A stretch of DNA of 64,000 nucleotides, taken from the NCBI GenBank assembly GCA_013360215.1, contig JABWCP010000001.1:277144-341143 (forward strand), in the 5' to 3' direction. This DNA comes from a bacterium. GTDB lineage: Bacteria > CLD3 > SB21. A program made the position numbers and the translations under genes. Position 1 is the first letter of the stretch; every line of letters starts with the position of its first letter. The notes under the pieces are model-generated. The model was not told the DNA's origin. It did no database searches and worked only from the letters and a program-made list of their open reading frames with translations. Below, piece by piece: positions 60,648 through 64,000 of this stretch.

Positions 60648-61709
60648 ATGTTAAAAATAGTTTCAATTATGATGTTCGCCGTGTTGAGCGCTTGCTCAAA
60701 ACCGCCCATGGCGCCGGTTTCCAAAGCGGTTCATCGACCGCTCATTTCTGAAACGTTCATGACCGATCGCAATGAAGCCGACAACGTGGACGCTCCGGCG
60801 ATCTGGCATGGCCCTCACGGCGAACACTGGCTCGTTGCCACGGCAAAAAAAACCGATGGTTTGATCATCAGTGACGCGGCGACCGGAAAATTTATCAAAC
60901 GCATCGGGGGCACTGGCGCCGAACCCGGCAAGCTGCGACGCCCCAATAATGCCCTCGTTTTGGACGACATGTTATTTGTAGTCGAACGCGATAACCACAG
61001 GGTGCAGGTTTTTTCATTACCTGAATTCAAAAGCATATTCGTATTTGGAGAGCAGGAATTGAAAAAACCTTACGGCATTTCGCTTTATAAATCATCGCCG
61101 GATAGCATTGTTTGTTATATCACGGATAATTACGAATTGACCAAAGACTCAATACCTCCGCCATCCATGCTGGGACAGCGCATCCGGCAGTATCACATAA
61201 CGATGCGCTCACGAAAACTGTCCGCGACACCCGTACGGGCGTTCGGCGATACGTCGGGAAGCGGCGTTTTGTATACGGTCGAGTCCATTTACGTCGATCC
61301 GGTCTATAATCGCATCCTCATCGCAGACGAGTACGAGAGACAAAATAATATAAAAATATATACGCTAGACGGCACGTTTACCGGGCAAGTGATCGGCTAT
61401 GGCCTGTTTAAAACCCAGCCGGAAGGCATTGCCTTGTGGACGTGCGGCGACAGTGCCGGGTACTGGATCACTACGGATCAGTCCCACACCGAAAATGTTT
61501 TCCATATATTTGACCGCCAATTCCTTCAACCTGTAGCGTCGTTTTGTGCTGTCAATATTCGAAACACGGACGGGGTCGCCCTTACAACCAGATCATTCGG
61601 ACCGTTTTCAGCCGGTGCTTTCTACGCCGCGCATGATGACGGAAACATCGGCGCGCTGTCATTAAAGAGCATCCGTGATTCGACAAGGATACAATTCGAA
61701 TGCCCCTAA
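60648..61709 (+). CDS. beta-propeller phytase-like lipoprotein
   Basis: Lipobox LSAC; D-PAIWH, ATAK, PYGI, VES-VD, IADE, EGIAL, TDG, F-AG-F-A-DD. Confidence 0.8.
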   Translation: MLKIVSIMMFAVLSACSKPPMAPVSKAVHRPLISETFMTDRNEADNVDAPAIWHGPHGEHWLVATAKKTDGLIISDAATGKFIKRIGGTGAEPGKLRRPNNALVLDDMLFVVERDNHRVQVFSLPEFKSIFVFGEQELKKPYGISLYKSSPDSIVCYITDNYELTKDSIPPPSMLGQRIRQYHITMRSRKLSATPVRAFGDTSGSGVLYTVESIYVDPVYNRILIADEYERQNNIKIYTLDGTFTGQVIGYGLFKTQPEGIALWTCGDSAGYWITTDQSHTENVFHIFDRQFLQPVASFCAVNIRNTDGVALTTRSFGPFSAGAFYAAHDDGNIGALSLKSIRDSTRIQFECP

Positions 61710-62653
61710 TTTCGCACGTACGACACATGATCCTTATATCCGCACTGGTCACGGGCTCTGTGGAATGGGTCGGTTGTTTTACAAAGCCATCTCCGGGATT
61801 TGATTCGCGCGAAACATTAGAATGCATCGTTCTGGGGGATTGGGGGCGGCAAGGCCAATTTGGGCAACAGGTGACAGCGAACCGCATGGCCGAAGTAGCG
61901 CATACCATCGGCGCTGATTTCGTTATTTCGACCGGCGACAATTTTTACGATAACGGTGTGACGAGCGTGGATGATTCGCTGTGGTTCGCTTCATATGAAA
62001 ATATTTATGCGCACAAGTCGCTGCAAATCCCATGGTATGTGGCGCTTGGCAATCATGACTACCGCGGGAATCCGCAAGCGCAGATAGAGTACTCTACCCG
62101 GAGCCGACGATGGCGCATGCCTTCGCGGTACTTCCATATAGATACCACGATCGGAGGCGCTTCGCTGCGGCTGGTGATATTGGACACCAATCCTTTTATT
62201 CATGAATACTACACCGACAAAAAATATCAATCCGTTTCCGGTCAGGACACGGCGGCGCAGTGGCGTTGGCTTGAAAATACGCTGGCAACTGCAACAAGTG
62301 ATTGGACGATTGTGGTCGGGCATCACCCGGTATATTCCGCGGGTACTAAACATGGAAATACATCCGAATTGATTACGCGGCTTGAACCGATGCTCCAGAA
62401 ATACCGCGTACCGATATACCTTGCGGGCCACGAACACGATCTGCAACACTTAAGTCATAATCAGATCAATTACTTCATATCCGGAGCCGGCTCTTCGCTG
62501 CGCCCGACCGGCACTTCAAACGAATCCGTTTTTTCTCTATCACAAAACGGTTTTCTACGCCTTTCTATTGCCAAAAAAAGCATACGCGCCGCGTTTATAG
62601 ATGTAAACGGGGCCATCGTCCATGAGGTTAGAATTTCCAACCCTGCTCATTGA
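61700..62653 (+). CDS. purple (tartrate-resistant type) acid phosphatase
   Basis: GDWG, GDNFY, GNHD, GHHP, GHEH metal-binding motifs. Confidence 0.92.
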   Translation: MPLISHVRHMILISALVTGSVEWVGCFTKPSPGFDSRETLECIVLGDWGRQGQFGQQVTANRMAEVAHTIGADFVISTGDNFYDNGVTSVDDSLWFASYENIYAHKSLQIPWYVALGNHDYRGNPQAQIEYSTRSRRWRMPSRYFHIDTTIGGASLRLVILDTNPFIHEYYTDKKYQSVSGQDTAAQWRWLENTLATATSDWTIVVGHHPVYSAGTKHGNTSELITRLEPMLQKYRVPIYLAGHEHDLQHLSHNQINYFISGAGSSLRPTGTSNESVFSLSQNGFLRLSIAKKSIRAAFIDVNGAIVHEVRISNPAH

Positions 62654-62747
62654 AGTTATTTCTATCCCTTGCAAAAATTCATTCGTTTAACGAGATTGCC
62701 TATATGGTTATCCATCTTTTCTTACTCTTACTTGGGGATATTTTCTC

Positions 62748-64000
62748 ATGGCTTTCGATAAAGCGTTTGAATCCGTAAACCGTCTCGTGCAGGATTTTCG
62801 TGCGCAAGAAGCGTATTATCTCGACGCCAAATATCAGGAGCAGGAAGCGCGTAAGGATTTCATTGACAAATTTTGGATCGCTCTCGGGTGGGATGTCAAT
62901 CATGAGATTCAAAAAAATCCGTACGAACAGGAAGTGCGCATCGAAAATGCCGTTCGCACCGGTGCTTCGCAGCGGCGCGCCGATTACGGTTTTTATCTCT
63001 CCCCCAATTTCCGCGACCCCAAGTTTTTCGTAGAGGCCAAAAAACCCTCACGCAGCATCGCCAATCCCGATGATTATTTTCAAGTCAATCGCTACGGATG
63101 GAGCCAGCAAACGCCCGTCGCCGTACTCACGGATTTTGAAGAATTGCATATCATTGACTGCCGATTTAAGCCGCATATCGGCACGGCACTGGATCGTAAG
63201 ATCAAAGCCTTTCGTTATACCGACTATACCGATGCCGAAAAATTTGCCGAAATCTACTGGTTATTTAGCCGCGAGGCCGTCGCCACCGGATCACTGGAAA
63301 AGTACGCTGCCGCACTACCCCGCCCCAAAGGCAAAGCCGCACAAAAAGGTCTTTTCAAAGCGGGTGTACAGCCTATTGACGAAGCCTTTCTTGAGGAATT
63401 GGACGAATACCGCGTCATCTTGGCCAAAGCCTTCAAAAAATCCAATCCCGATCTTGAAGGCGAAGCGCTCACCGAAGCCGTGCAACGGACCATAGACCGT
63501 CTGGTGTTCATACGATTTCTGGAAGACAAATCCATCGAAGACTATGAAGTGCGACACTACGGCGACAGCGGTCATGCATGGAAAAAGTTTCTCGCCCACT
63601 GTCAACGGCTGGAGCCCAAATACAACGGCCTTGTATTCAAACCGCATCCCGTAATTGACGGCCGTGCGTTTCATGCACCGGATGAAGAAGACTTCAAGGC
63701 GATTTGCGCCAAACTTTCCGATCCCCATGCCGTGTACGACTTTGATCAGATCCCTATCGCTATTCTCGGTAGTATCTACGAACGCTTTCTCGGTAAAGTC
63801 GTCCACACGACCGCCAAACGCGCCGTCGTCGAAGAAAAACCTGAAGTGCGCAAAGCCGGCGGCGTGTACTATACGCCGGAGTATATCGTGCGCTACATCG
63901 TACAAAATACCGTAGGCAAACTGATCGAAGGCAAAACGCCGGAAAGCATCGCCAAAATGGCTTTTGCGGACATCGCATGCGGGTCAGGTTCGTTTTTGAT
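62748..64000 (+). CDS. type IIG restriction-modification enzyme (nuclease + N6 methyltransferase), 3' truncated by window edge
   Basis: Manual translation from ATG 62748: MAFDKAF...RADY...FVEAKKP (PD-D/ExK), LGSIYERFLG, RKAGGVYYTP, DIACGSGSFL; no stop before the edge, so absent from the ORF track. Confidence 0.88.
   Translation, partial: MAFDKAFESVNRLVQDFRAQEAYYLDAKYQEQEARKDFIDKFWIALGWDVNHEIQKNPYEQEVRIENAVRTGASQRRADYGFYLSPNFRDPKFFVEAKKPSRSIANPDDYFQVNRYGWSQQTPVAVLTDFEELHIIDCRFKPHIGTALDRKIKAFRYTDYTDAEKFAEIYWLFSREAVATGSLEKYAAALPRPKGKAAQKGLFKAGVQPIDEAFLEELDEYRVILAKAFKKSNPDLEGEALTEAVQRTIDRLVFIRFLEDKSIEDYEVRHYGDSGHAWKKFLAHCQRLEPKYNGLVFKPHPVIDGRAFHAPDEEDFKAICAKLSDPHAVYDFDQIPIAILGSIYERFLGKVVHTTAKRAVVEEKPEVRKAGGVYYTPEYIVRYIVQNTVGKLIEGKTPESIAKMAFADIACGSGSFL

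Noticed and set aside
62700-63978. Several short ORFs listed at the window end
   Set aside because: Shadow frames of the RM gene starting at 62748

Overview
Bacterial chromosomal window from a diderm organism. Sigma70-type TTGACA/TANNNT promoters and AGGAG Shine-Dalgarno sites, plus the gene content, suggest an FCB-related lineage outside Bacteroidia (Ignavibacteria/Calditrichota/KSB1-like); this placement is inference only. Bases 1-36 kb are mostly housekeeping: gpsA, glnB-glnA, frameshifted prfB, argS, PfkB kinase, PTS IIA, trhO, ndk, cinA, a lone BMC vertex gene, murA, a MoxR module, nhaA and a suf operon with an unrelated gene between sufB and sufC. Bases 36.3-62.7 kb form an accessory block. 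It holds a chemoreceptor, a ulosonic/nonulosonic-acid-type sugar operon that matches no canonical pathway I recognise (transferase, SpsF-like cytidylyltransferase, split transketolase with altered active-site residues, class III aminotransferase, SDR, KdsC-like phosphatase, short NeuB), a fatty-acid hydroxylase, a frameshifted SMR gene, an HTTM-type gene pair, glycosyltransferases with a flippase, a PAP2 phosphatase and a TonB receptor-phytase-purple acid phosphatase operon. Four promoters in this block share 11-bp-period TAA(C/T) direct repeats resembling Pho boxes. The best candidate new system is a phosphate-starvation island coupling organic-P scavenging to synthesis of an unusual acidic sugar glycoconjugate. 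The window ends inside a type IIG restriction-modification gene missing from the ORF track. No rRNA, tRNA, CRISPR array or IS element was recognised. All calls come from reading motifs by eye, without database searches.
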